Assembly (NCBI GenBank): GCA_965202585.1
Contig: OZ241826.1
Coordinates: 55,428,001 to 55,492,000 of the forward strand
Length of the DNA: 64,000 nt
Direction of reading: 5' to 3'
From: Thalia democratica
Taxonomy: Eukaryota
This document shows, piece by piece, positions 38,550 through 50,539 of this stretch. Position numbers and translations under genes: made by a program. The notes beneath the pieces are model-generated. The model was not told where the DNA came from. It saw only the letters and a program-made list of their open reading frames with translations, and did no database searches. Within the stretch, counting starts at the first letter, position 1; every line of letters starts with the position of its first letter.

Positions 38550-41020
38550 ATGTAAAGTTAGAAAATTTCATTTTTATCCAGTAAAAATGCAATTTTTAAA
38601 ACTGAAAGTGATAAAATATTGTTAGACAGATAAAAACTTATAACTATTATAAATATAAACTTAAGAGTTTGTTAACAAAAGATCCTAGTGAAACAAGTTT
38701 ACTGGAATGTAAAATAAAAACAAATTATACAGTAATCTTTCTTTATTGTACAAACATATGTTTCTGTGTGTTAACGGATTAACACACTTCAACTGTGTTC
38801 TGTAAAAAATAAATACTGTAATGAACGAATATTAGCTAAAGTAGGTGTATACATGTGTTCATTAAAATAAAATATTTACTACCGATTTTTAGAGGTTAAT
38901 AGTTAATAATAGGTAAAATACTTAAGATTTAATCCTACTGTTATAAAACTATATAACATTTGTAATTATTTAGTCTAAATTAAGTAAAGTAAACTAAAAT
39001 ACGCAACAAAAATACAAATCATATTATAAACAATTTACATGAATGGAAAAAATAACTAATTCAAATTTATTTACCGTTGCTAATGATTAAACAAAATGTA
39101 TCTTATAATTACGTCACAATATATATAAACATTAGTGTCAGCTACTTAATTTGTATTATAAAGTAAAATAATTTAGTCTTTATGTACGGGAAAGCAGTAA
39201 GTATAAAGTTATAAGTATTCGAGAGTAATAACTGATAATAATCTAAACTAGTCAGAAGACATTAAAATAGTCATTAAATAAATAATAAAATAAAATAAGT
39301 AATAAAATAGTACATTAAAATAGTAAGTTTTCAGTAATTTTTTTAAGTCAGTTTGTGGTATGTTCTTTATAAAACTAGGTAATTTTAAATGAGAAATCTT
39401 TGTACTTAATATTAAGTTTATTTTTCATAATTATATAAGGTACGGAATGTCGTGTTGAGGCTGAATTTAAGTTGTAAAAACTATTAGTTTTATAATAAGA
39501 AGGCTTGTTTGTTTTGCTAAGTGTTTATTTTACTGTTATGTTTTCATTATATAATTTTCAGAGTTAAAACAAATTTTATATTAAGTAAAATTTGATATAT
39601 ACTTTTGCTTATTACTTCCTTTTTTACATGTGAAATTAATAAAAACTTGGAAAATTAAACTGTTTGCTAAAACTATTGATAAAATATATTTAAAAAAAAT
39701 TATTTAAGATGATAATCGCACTTTAAAAAAAAAATTAATACACATTTTATTTTTATGTCAGATAACCTTGCTAAATTTATCATAAGACAGATTTTTGATA
39801 AGTGTTTTAACTTATACCAGCTTGTTTACAATTTTTTTTTATTTAGATATTAGTTTATGATTATAATCTCTTAACAGTTTAGATAAAATAAAAATTTTAA
39901 TTTATTTTAAGTTTAGTTTTAAACAATGAAATTTCTATCTTTTTCTAAGAAGTTAAAACAAGTTAACATGGTTAGGGTTTCATCTGTAGATAGGTTCTGA
40001 TTACCAATTAAATGTAACTTTATTTGAGTTGTTTAAATTTAACAACTTATTAACTGATAATTATTAAACTTAATTACTGATAAAAACTGAAGTGAAAATT
40101 TTTTTTAGTTTATTATATGTTGTTATTACTTATAAAAAAACTATTATAGATTTTAAAAACAAGTTGTACAGTAGTCTTCTTTATTGTACGAACATATGTT
40201 TCTGTGTGTTAACGGATCAACACACTTCAACTGGGTTCTGTAAAAAAATAATTACTGTAATGAAAGAATAGAATCATAGAGTAAAGTAGGTGTATACATG
40301 TTTTCATTGAAATAAAATATTTTCTACAGATAATATTAGTTAATAATGGGTAAAATACTTAGTATTAAATCCGACTATTATAAAACTATATACCATTTGT
40401 GATTATTAAGTCTAAAATAAGTAAAGTAAACTAAAATACACAACAAAACAACAAATAATAATATAAACAAACAACTCACGTTAATGGAAATAAAAACTGA
40501 TTCGAATTTTACTGTTGTTAAAAAATGAACAAAATACATTCATTACATCTAATAATTACGTCACGATATAAATGAGGTTATTTCAACTATTTAATTAGTA
40601 TTGCAAAGTTTGTTAATTTAGTTTTTATGTTTGGAATCTATAATTAAATATAAGTATTTTACCTATTATTAAATATTATCTGTAGAAAAAATTTTATTCT
40701 AATGAAAACATGTATACACCTACTTTACTCTATGCCTCTATTCTTTCATTACAGTAATTATCTTTTTTACAGAACCCAGTTGAAGTGTGTTGATCCGTTA
40801 ACACACAGAAACATATGTTCGTACAATAAAGGAAGATTACTGTACAATTTGTTTTTATTTATATTCCAGTGAAGTTCTTCACTAGGATCTTTTGTTAGCA
40901 AACGATTAAACCTATATTTTTGAACAGCTATAGATTTTATAAACGTTTTTTTTTGCCAGAAAAATGTCTTCATTTTTAGGTATTTATTTCCACTTTACAG
41001 TTTGGAAAAAAAAATCGTTA
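38550..41020. repeat. Triplicated repeat: two direct copies (about 38550-39200, 40150-40640) and one inverted copy (about 40650-41020)
   Basis: The core AACATATGTTTCTGTGTGTTAACGGAT(C/T)AACACACTTCAACTG(G/T)GTTCTGTAAAAAA and the flanking GTAGGTGTATACATG are visible in all three copies. Confidence 0.85.
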
Positions 41021-42430
41021 AAACTTTATCTTACAGTTTTTAAGTTTTATTCTCTTAAGTACATGATTTTCAACTGTTTTAGTTCATGTTTTAGCTTTTT
41101 TTGTTGAGTTAACATAAATTAGTTGCTATTTTCGACAAGTTTTTAAAGAGTACTGTTTTACCCATATAAATTTATAACTTTATTAACTTTACCGTTCAGT
41201 TTTTTTGCTGTTTTCTAACTTTATTTTCAAATTTTTATTGTGAGTTTTTTTTTCTTTGTTGTTGAGTTTTACGTTTGAAATTTATATTTCTAACTTGTTA
41301 TATTTAGTTTAAGCATGTGTTATGTTTTTGTACACAAATTCCTAAGATCAGATTTTTTTCAATTTTCGTGTTCAATAAACTTATTATTACCATTGTTATA
41401 GTTTTTAAAGAGCCTTCTATAACGTAGATTTCACTGCTTTTTATTTTGGTCTAAGGGTTTATTTAAGAATATCTTTATATTTAAATTTCGATCAAAAATT
41501 AAGCTAATTCCAAAATCACGCTTGGTTATTTTCTAAAATATCAAGGATTTAATAAAGAATATTAAAAGATTTATATTTATGTATTTATTATTATCTTTCT
41601 AGATAATTACATCATTGTTCTTAACTATTATAAATTTTTTAGAAATCTTCTGCTTGTTTATCGTAGTTTTTGTGTGTTTTTTTATTTGTTATTAACTTAT
41701 AGCGTTTTTTGAAGAAAAAAACTAATTTTATGTTGAACACAACACTTTTTAACAAAAAGTTTGTACTCAACGGGAAGTGCGTACCTGAAAAGACATAGGA
41801 GAAGATTACTGTACTAGATTACTCATATAAGAGCTAGTGAAAAGAAACTAAAAATTATAAATTTTACAGAGGAGAGATTTCTTTAAGCTAATAAATGTCA
41901 ACTCAATTAATTCTAGAACCAATTTGAAAACTTGATTTATCTGATTTGATCGATTACACTATGCCAACAAACGTCCAACATCGAGTAAAAACTTTTAAAA
42001 CGCATACTTAGTCATATTTACAGATTCAACAAAAAACCATACGGACTTGGATTATTTAGAAAGTAAAGTGGTTAGTTTGTTACAAGCAAACATAAACAAA
42101 ACAGCTATTTTATCGATGATAGTATCACTATAAGACCAATAGTTTACAACAAATATTTTTTCATTAGGATAGCTTTTATTTTTTTCTTTATATTTAATGT
42201 ACTTGCTAAAACATGTTTTAGCTTTGAAAGTTTAGTTTGTTAAAGCTTATTGATAATGAAATTTATACTCCTGAAAGCGTTTTAAACACTAAATGTTCAG
42301 TATATTTTCTTAATATAATAACCATTCGATAATTCATTTATTTATGGCCGGTAAAAAAAAATAACAGATCAACGATGAGTGTGTCCTGGACAGTTTTAAA
42401 GTATATATTTTAAGCATAGACTTGGGTAAT

Positions 42431-42727
42431 TAATTAAGTAAAGTTAGATAATAAGACTGTGGTTTATTAGTTTTCAATTAAATAAACCTTTTATAGAATA
42501 ATTATTGGCTACATACGGCCTGCAGGTAAAACCTGGCTTGCCACTATATTTTTAAGGACAACACCTTGTATTAATAAAATTTATGATAAAAATTGTCATT
42601 AAAAGTAATATAGTGGCAATCCAGGTTTTACCTGCAGACCGTATGTAGCCAACCATTATTCTATAAAAAAGTTTATTTATTTGAAAATTAATAAACCACA
42701 GTCTTATTATCTAATTTTACTTAATTA
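42431..42727. mobile_element. Foldback MITE (about 297 bp, arms about 120 bp)
   Basis: 42431-42552 is nearly the reverse complement of 42607-42727, e.g. GGCTACATACGG(C/T)CTGCAGGTAAAACCTGG. Confidence 0.8.
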
Positions 42728-43195
42728 TTCTGTTTTTCCTGGTTGAACTCTAAAACCAATACTCGCAATAAATTCTCAAAAATTTTCAATAAAATTTCTC
42801 AAAACTAGCCAATTCAACTAAAACCTTAATCAAAACACCGTTAGAATTGATAACGCATGTCTGCTAAATTTACAGTTCTTAGCAGTTTAGCTAACATAAA
42901 CGTTTAAAAGTATTAGTTAACTTGGAAAAGATTTAAAGCTTATAATCTCTACAAATTTAATTTTGTTGTCATTAAAGATACTCCCTGAGTTTTAAAGTTT
43001 AGAGAGATTAAAACATAGCAAGTTTATCTCCTATCAATAAGCTAATTAAACATTTTGAAATTAGTTGTTGTTTTTTATCAAAACTTCATTATTAATGTGA
43101 AACTTTCACACCATAAGTAAGACACAGTTGTCAATTATAACACTAAAGTTTTATTCAGTAATATCCAAAACAAGTTGTTTTAACTTAGTATTTTA

Positions 43196-43331
43196 TAGTG
43201 ATTTACCGGATTCACAATATTTTCTTTTCGATAATTTTCAAACTAAAATCTGGATACTTTACCAAATTCTGATCTGGCCGGATTTGGATCTTAAAAGGCA
43301 TTGTTCGGGTACTGGAACCGGTAGATAATTA
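43196..43331. mobile_element. Short MITE of the TAGTGATTTACCGG family
   Basis: TAGTGATTTACCGG...CCGGTAGATAATTA terminal inverted repeats. Confidence 0.55.
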
Positions 43332-45959
43332 ATTGTGTGTCAAAAGACCAGTTTGAAAATACAAAAGTACAATTAAAAACAAGTGTATGCGATTATTATT
43401 ATAACTTGTAGAAAAACATTGTAGTTACATAAAAGGAAACATAACTTCCGTAATAAAATAATACAAAAGTGTTTAATTTTTCTATTCAAGTACTTATAAG
43501 AGGCTTTTAAATTGATATAGCTATGTCGATTGAGTCTAACTCTTTTCTTTTAAAAACAATTCTTGAACAGATTTATGTTTCAACAATAGTTTTGTATATT
43601 AAAAAAAATTTTTAACTTCTACTAAACTTTTTAAAAGTTTACTTAAGTAACTATTCCAAGTAACTTTCTACCAAGTGCTATAAATATATAAGTATGAATT
43701 ATATAAATGTAAAATAATCAAACTCGCTTAAAAATAAAGTTCATGTTTACAGCTGTAATAGTATTTGATACAAATTTTGGTTGTTTACTTACTGTATGTT
43801 TTTCCTTAGAAGATATTATCGCATATTTGACTTATTAAATAGTAAATGAAATTTCTTTATTTATTAAGTTTAAAATACTTACATGCAAAAATTTACAATC
43901 TTTAATTTGTAGATAATCAAATTAAATGTATATATAATTCTTTTGTTAACTACAAGATCTAGCTTTAGGCATATAATGTACACTTTTTGGTTTATAACAT
44001 ATCATTTAAAAGTTAGATTATAATTTTTTAAATTTAAGTACCAAATCGATAAATTTCTACGAAAAAAATCAAATTTTCAAGTCAAAAGTTAATTTTTAAA
44101 AGTACTTATAAGAGGGCTTGTAGGAAAACTTAATTACACTTGAAATTTTGAACAAAACAAGTTTACTTTGTTCATTTATTATTAGAATCAAGTGTTAGCT
44201 TTTAAAAACTAGCTTTAATTTTCTAATTAGTATTTTATCAAAAAACAAAACAAAAGTACCTATTTTGTTCAAATATCTGAAGTTAAAAATACTAACTTTG
44301 TCATTCGAATTTTATGGTAAAAAAATTGAAGAATCGAAAATTTGAGAAAAATAAATAACTTTCAAATACTGTTTAAAAACAAAATGTCTAATTATTTTCA
44401 TTAAGTTGTAAAAGGTAAGCTATCATTTTAGCTTTTAAGTTTTAGATATCATACACTATTTTGTATGCTGTATTCAATAAACCTTTTAATCCTCTAAAAA
44501 AGTTTTTATCAAATATTCATAACACATATGTCAAAAATATAATTCATTATTGATCAGAAAATTTATATTAAATGTTGTTCAACTAGAAATTTTTTTTGTA
44601 ACTTTTAAAATTTGTTTAAAAAATTAAAAATTCAAGCTCTTAAAAAATGATAAACTTGAAATAATTCTAACAACTACTTAACAGTTTTTCTTAGATATAT
44701 AATATTAAATAACTTAAGTCAAATGAAAAGACAAACAAAAAATCATTGAAGACTTAAATACCTGATTATTGCATAAAATAATTTATGATGTAACAACAAA
44801 TTGTAAAACTAATTAAAAAATAATATTAATTATCATCATTATGTAACCACAATAAATAATAAAAGGGAAAACTGTATCATTTGAAATTACTATAAATATA
44901 GATACATTAAATCGCTTGTCTGATTTAAATATGTAAGATTACTTACGAAAATAAATCTATAAAATAATTAACAGTTAAAACAATTGTTTAAGAAAAACTC
45001 ATAATAAGTACAACATGGCATTAAACGGTAAAATATAAAAGTTAACGTGATAAAACTGAATAAACTAAAATAAAGGTACTAATTATCATTACAAAGATTT
45101 TTTTAAAACATTTAAAGTTTTTCATTAAACTAGAAGTTTTGTTAAACAAAAGTAATCTACACTAAAACTATTTAAAAGGTTCGATAAAATCATTTAAAGT
45201 AATAGAATGCTGCTATAATTTAAAACATTAAAAAATTAATTAAATTAAGAACAATAAATAAATTGTAAAAAGTATTCTGGATTCGATTAAAAATTAGTTT
45301 GCTTGCTTAAAAGCGTTGACTCCTAACAGCTTTTTATAATAACTTGGTAGACTGGATTTTTGTGGAGGGTTTAACTTGTTACCAACTGCAAAACATATTT
45401 GTAAAATAAAAACAAATTTAATATTAAGGCACTAACTAATAAAAAAAATGCTTAAAAATTAACAAATTACATAATAACCCGTTGCACAGTAAAGCTAAAA
45501 CAAATATAATTTAAATGTTAAAATTAGTAGATAATTAGAAACACAATATTTTCAATCTCACTTGCTTACTGCAAACTAGAAATGTTTCGCTGTTTTACCA
45601 TCTTATCAGGTATAAAAAATAATCATCTGATTTAAATCATAAAGTCTAAAGTAAGGATCGGCAAACTTTAGCCAACGGGCGACGTACTTTTTGGCTAAAT
45701 AAAACTTATTAATAAAAGCAAGTTTAAGCTTTTCATATTAAAATTTCAGAATCACAATTATATATTTTTCTTGTCAATAAACGCGCTGCGTTTATTATTT
45801 TGATTAAATATAATTGGTAGCTGTTTCATATATTTTTTATAATTTTAAAGTATGATTTTTCAAAAATGCTGTGGCCCACGAAATTCTCTTAGAAATTTTT
45901 TTTTAATGTAACCCGCAAAGAACATTTTTATTTAAATCTTGACTTTTACCATAAACTGC

Positions 45960-46560
45960 TGATTACTGGTATAAAGCATAGTGATCAGAGTTTGAGTTTT
46001 TGTAAGTCTAATGCTTGTGTATACGGTTATTTCTTTAACTTATACCATCGTGCATCTAGTATTGACAAAATAAGTACAAACATATTTACAATTTTTAGAA
46101 CCCCTAGATTTAATAAAATTTATTTTATAATGCCTCTGCATTGAAAAAACTTTTATACTTGACCACGATATGGCAAATATTATATAAAACAGGTGCATAC
46201 AAATGTTTTAAATACATGTTGTTGTGGCTTAAAAATAAATTGATGTAATGCAGAAAATTTTAGACAGCTCATTTATCAAGCTACAAAATTTACTCTATTA
46301 GCTTCCACAATTGCCATTTTTTCTTGTTTGCTTTTTGAGCAGCATTCTGGCTTTAGTGGTACGTTAATTTTAGTTTCGAAAATTGAAAAAAATTTGTTGA
46401 GCTATATTTATCACTTTATAATTTGATCATTAAATTTAACTAAACCTGATGAATTAATAAAACAGCGAACTTACTTTAGTATGCTTGCAACAAACTGAGC
46501 AGACTAGTGTTGCATTCTTCTCATTTACAAAGTTTGAAAATTTTAAATTTTGTCTAGTTA
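45960..46560 (-). pseudogene. Possible degraded DNA-transposase C-terminal fragment (P-element-like?)
   Basis: Broken frames read CSVCCKHTK, LINSSGLVKFNDQIIK and QHVFKTFV. The resemblance is weak and judged by eye. Confidence 0.2.
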
Positions 46561-46989
46561 GTCAACCTCCTAAATATCATTAGCTTAAACTTATATCATT
46601 AAAGGTATTAACTAAGGTATTACGACAACAACATTGAAATTTTTTTAGGTGTTCTAGTATTTTGCACTTAAAGTTTTAATGGGTGGTTTATAGTCTGTAG
46701 TGTTCAAATTAGCAGTTACGCAAGTGATTAAGTTGAATGTCTAGTTAAAAAAAGACGTTTGTATAAATAGTTATAATTATAAATATCAACTCTACTATAT
46801 ACTAGTTTTTATCTGTTAAAAAAACATCTAATAATTATTTAAATGTACGTCGTCAAACTTTTAGGGACAATGCAATTTAAAATGCTTAGTTTTTTTATTT
46901 TTAAAACTTATGAATCTATACAAAAAAATTATTGAAAATATAACGTAAACAAACTTATACAATAAGATATAGAAGACAAAATCTTAATA

Positions 46990-47030
46990 AAACTAAACAT
47001 ATTTCGAGCAGTTCTCATCAGTAGAGTACA
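46990..47030 (-). ncRNA. Minimal hammerhead-like motif in the 3' repeat of the host PLE
   Basis: The reverse complement reads CTA CTGATGA GAACTGCTC GAAA TATGTT TAG. The core is intact, but stem II is 2 bp and stem I only 3 bp. Confidence 0.5.
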
Positions 47031-47449
47031 AAGCTAACAAGAGATAAGACTTACAAACTTATACAGTAACCAAGTTATCAAAAGAGTAATAAGACAAAAA
47101 CAATTAGTAAAAATTAAAATAATTTAAGTTTACTTACATTATAATTAACCTACAGTAAATCTATACATTAATATAATGACACTAACACGTCTTATAAAAT
47201 ACTACGAAAATAAAGAAACAGTATATTCAAATTCTTTTTGCTGACATAAAACCGGTTTTCTTAATAAAAAAAATAGCTTCTAGTTTAATCAAATCGAAAA
47301 CGTTGCTACAAGTTTTAATGAATTAAAATCTATTTAGTCTATTTAGATTTTAACTGTTTGCACATGTTGAATTATTAACAAAATTTTCTGCAGTGGATGA
47401 ACGTTTAGATGCATTTGAAACTTTGACCAGTATATCATATTTCTTATAT

Positions 47450-49116
47450 TATTTATTTATTAAAAAGAAAACAATTAAATTATTTAATGATATTGGCTTC
47501 AAAATAACTATCGACGTTGGCACAACCGTATGTAATTTCTTAGATATAACTTTAAACCTGACCAACAATATTTATAAACCATACCGCAAAGAAAATTCAG
47601 AAGTAAGATATATAAATAACAAATCAAATCACCCTAAAGTTATAAAAAGAAACCTCCCAGCGATGATTGAGAGGAGAATTAATAAACTTTTCAAAAATGA
47701 ACAAATATTTAACAACCACGTAGCAACATACCAAAATGCTTTAAACAATGCCAACTTTAAACATAAGCTAAAATATACAGAAAATGTAAAGACCCAAACT
47801 AAAAAGAAAACAAACCGATCAAGGAAAATCATTTACTTTAACCCCCCGTTCTGCCAATCCGTAAAAACTAACATCGGCAAAGCATTTTTCGAGATAACTA
47901 ATAAACACTGCAAGCAAAACGAAACATTAAATAAAATATTAAACAGAAATAACTGTAAACTATCTTACAGCTGTATGAGCAATATTAAGGTAATAATACA
48001 AAAACATAACAAGAAAACTCTAAATAAAACCAGCAAAACCGAAGAACAAAACGTCACCACCAATAACCCATCCTGCAACTGCCGATCGAAAAACTCATGC
48101 CCCTTGGATAACAATTGTTTAATAAAAAATGTAATTTACAAAGCTACGATAACATCTCCGAAGGAAATAAAATATTATATCGGGTCGACCGGAAACACTT
48201 TTAAAAACAGATGGTACAACCACAACAACAGTTTCAAAAATTATAAAGATAACGGGACCGAACTAGCAAAATACATTTGGCATTTGAAACATAAAAAAAT
48301 CACCTACGACATAAAATGGAGCATCCTCCACCACATTGGGGAAATTAAAAGCATACATAGCATCTGCAAAACCTGTATTTTAGAAAAATAGAAATAGCCA
48401 ATGCTAAGAAAAAAGTCAACTTAAATAAGAGGTACGAACTATTTGCAAACTGTCCACATTTCCAAAAGCTCTGCTTTAAAACTTAAACTAACACCCGCTG
48501 ATTAGTAAGTTAAATTATTTGTAATTGTAAAGAGTTTTTATCGCCCATGTAAAAATTGTTTCCTTTTTTATTTACACCAAAGCACGATACCAAATTAAAA
48601 CTTTTGATTACACAATCTTTATTCAATAAGGAAATTTAACAAAAATTTTCTAACTTTGCAACTAAAGTATATTAATTCAAATTGTGCGCCAATATAGTTA
48701 CGTCATAAACCTAACTTTAAAATTTTTATCTTTAAGTTTAAACAGTCAATTTATAGCATTATCAATTGCAAATGTTGTGTTTAGTATCCTATTTGTTTTT
48801 TCTGGCAACTAACTTCAATGTGAGTCATGTTTTACTATTTTAAGGTATATAGCACTATATTTTTTTGTCTATCATACCAACAAAGTTCTTAAAAGCGTAA
48901 CATAAACTAAAAAAATTTTTTACTTAAGTTTAGTATATTTAAGATTTATTTTTGCTCTTAAACCATTAGTTTTTAGTTTTTATTTTTGCTTCACTTCCAT
49001 TTATTTTGTTCAAAAAATTTTTTCAGACCTATTTACAACAACTGAGGATCTCCTATATGCAAGTATAGGAGTGAAACATTGTTTTGATTGTAATAAACTG
49101 TTGAAATAAATATTGG
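47450..49116 (+). mobile_element. 5'-truncated Penelope-like element of a second family (RT C-terminus/thumb plus GIY-YIG endonuclease)
   Basis: About 310 open codons: NFLDITL, SNHPKVI, RKIIYFNPPF, CNCRSKNSCPLDNNCL, NVIYKATI, YYIGSTGNTFKNRWYNH, TELAKYIWHLK. One frameshift near 48390, after which LNKRYELFANCPH continues. Flanked by a 13-bp direct repeat atatttcttatat (47437-47449, 49117-49129). Confidence 0.92.
49033..49093 (+). ncRNA. Type I hammerhead ribozyme (PLE-associated, short palindromic stem III)
   Basis: Core CTGAGGA (49042-49048). 8-bp stem II CTCCTATA/TATAGGAG. GAAAC (49073-49077). Stem III ACATTGT. GUU triplet (49081-49083). Stem I TTACAACAA/TTGATTGTAA, 9 bp with one bulged A. 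Confidence 0.8.
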
Positions 49117-50539
49117 ATATTTCTTATATAAAAGACAAAAATTCTCTACACTCTATGGTACATACTCTTTTATCCTTTTCCTTATATGTCTTGTTGTTAA
49201 TCCGATATAGCTTGCTTTACAACAGTAGCTCAATTGGTAAACTACCATGCTTTTATTTAAGTTGGATATTAGATCTTTACCACCTAGTGTTAATAGTGGT
49301 TTTGACGTTAAGACAATCCTTGGGTTTGCTGCATAATTAGTTTTTCTTATCAATTGTCCTATTTACTTTTCTAACATTTTTAAACTTTTATCGATGAATT
49401 GGATTTTCAAAGTAACTACACATTTTCAGGTCCTAATGTCTTTCTTTTATCCAAATTTTTAAAGTGTAAATAAATTGCTTTGTTATCTAACACTTGTGGG
49501 TACCTATTTTTGTTTATTAGTAACTTGATCTGTTTGATTTTTATTAGTAGAAACTCTGGGGAACACATTTTATGCGCACGATGACACAGAGTTCTGATTA
49601 GATTCATTTTTCTCTTTAAACTACAGTTTGATTGAAAACTCAAATAACAACCTGTAAAGGTTTTCTTTCTAAAACCCATGTTAAAAATCTCTTTTATTCT
49701 CGTTTAACTTAAACATCTAAAAAAGAAAGTTTATTACTGTTTTCTTTTTCCATTGTGAAACTGATAGAGTTATGAAAATTATTAAAAATATTGAAAAAAT
49801 CATCTATAGTATTCTCGTTTCTGACAAACACAAAACAATCATTAACATACCTGAGGTACAATAATTCATTTTTGAAAGCAGGAATAATTTCTAACTCGAT
49901 ATAATCCATAAATATGTTAGCCAATGTTGGTCCCAAGGGGAATCCCATGGCTATCCCGTCTTGTGAGGAATAAATAAAAGAACTTAAACTAATCTTAACG
50001 CCAGAAGTTGCAAGTCGCAATAGTTTTTTTTAATTAATTCTGTTTATTGTAGGTTTTCGTATCCTATACAATATATCAATACAAACTTCAATGACCCCTT
50101 CATGAGGTACATTAGTAAACAGACTTTTAAAGCCAAACGACGCAATAACCGTATTATTTGCTTCCTTATTTTGTCAACGAACGTAAAGGAATCTTTTAAA
50201 CAATATGCTGAAAAGTGTTTTAACACTGGTTCAAGACTCAGGTTTAAAAACTTCGTCAATTTATACTGCGCTGACTTTACTATATTTAAATTGGGCCTCA
50301 ATTGAATATTTTCTTTAGGAATCCTTTGATGAATCAAAATTTTAACTTTTTGGCTGGGCAAAAGAATTTGACAATATTAATAAAGTTGAAAGTGAAATTA
50401 TTAAGTTTCTGATACAATCATTATTCAAGATTGAAATTAGTGAATATCTGTTTAATTTAGTTAAACCGTATGGGTCAGTTACCCAACATTTGTAAAGGTT
50501 AACGAAAAAATCATATCGAAAACATTTTTTTAAGTTTTA

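Larger units (their letters stand above)
46930..50490 (-). mobile_element. Degraded Penelope-like element (Penelope/Poseidon-type RT plus C-terminal GIY-YIG), split by a nested insertion
   Basis: RT motifs: QLRP..VKSAQYKL, KDSFTF, DGIAMGFPLGPTLANIFM, LRYVND, LSFLDV. Thumb: RTLCHRAHKMCS. Endonuclease: VYQLSYCCKASYIGLTTR (49153-49353), continuing left of the insertion as SSTAE..VNNSTCANS, TCSNVFDLIKLEAI and KPVLCQQKEFEYTVSLFS* (about 47200-47450). Confidence 0.85.

Noticed and set aside
40767-40973. 68-aa ORF through the inverted repeat copy as a gene
   Set aside because: The frame is not preserved in the other two copies, and there is no domain or clear exon structure.
47393-47449. N-terminus (MDERLDAF...) of the 332-aa ORF as the real start of the PLE protein
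   Set aside because: It lies outside the TSD and is the antisense of the host element's endonuclease. The fusion is accidental and the insert is 5'-truncated.
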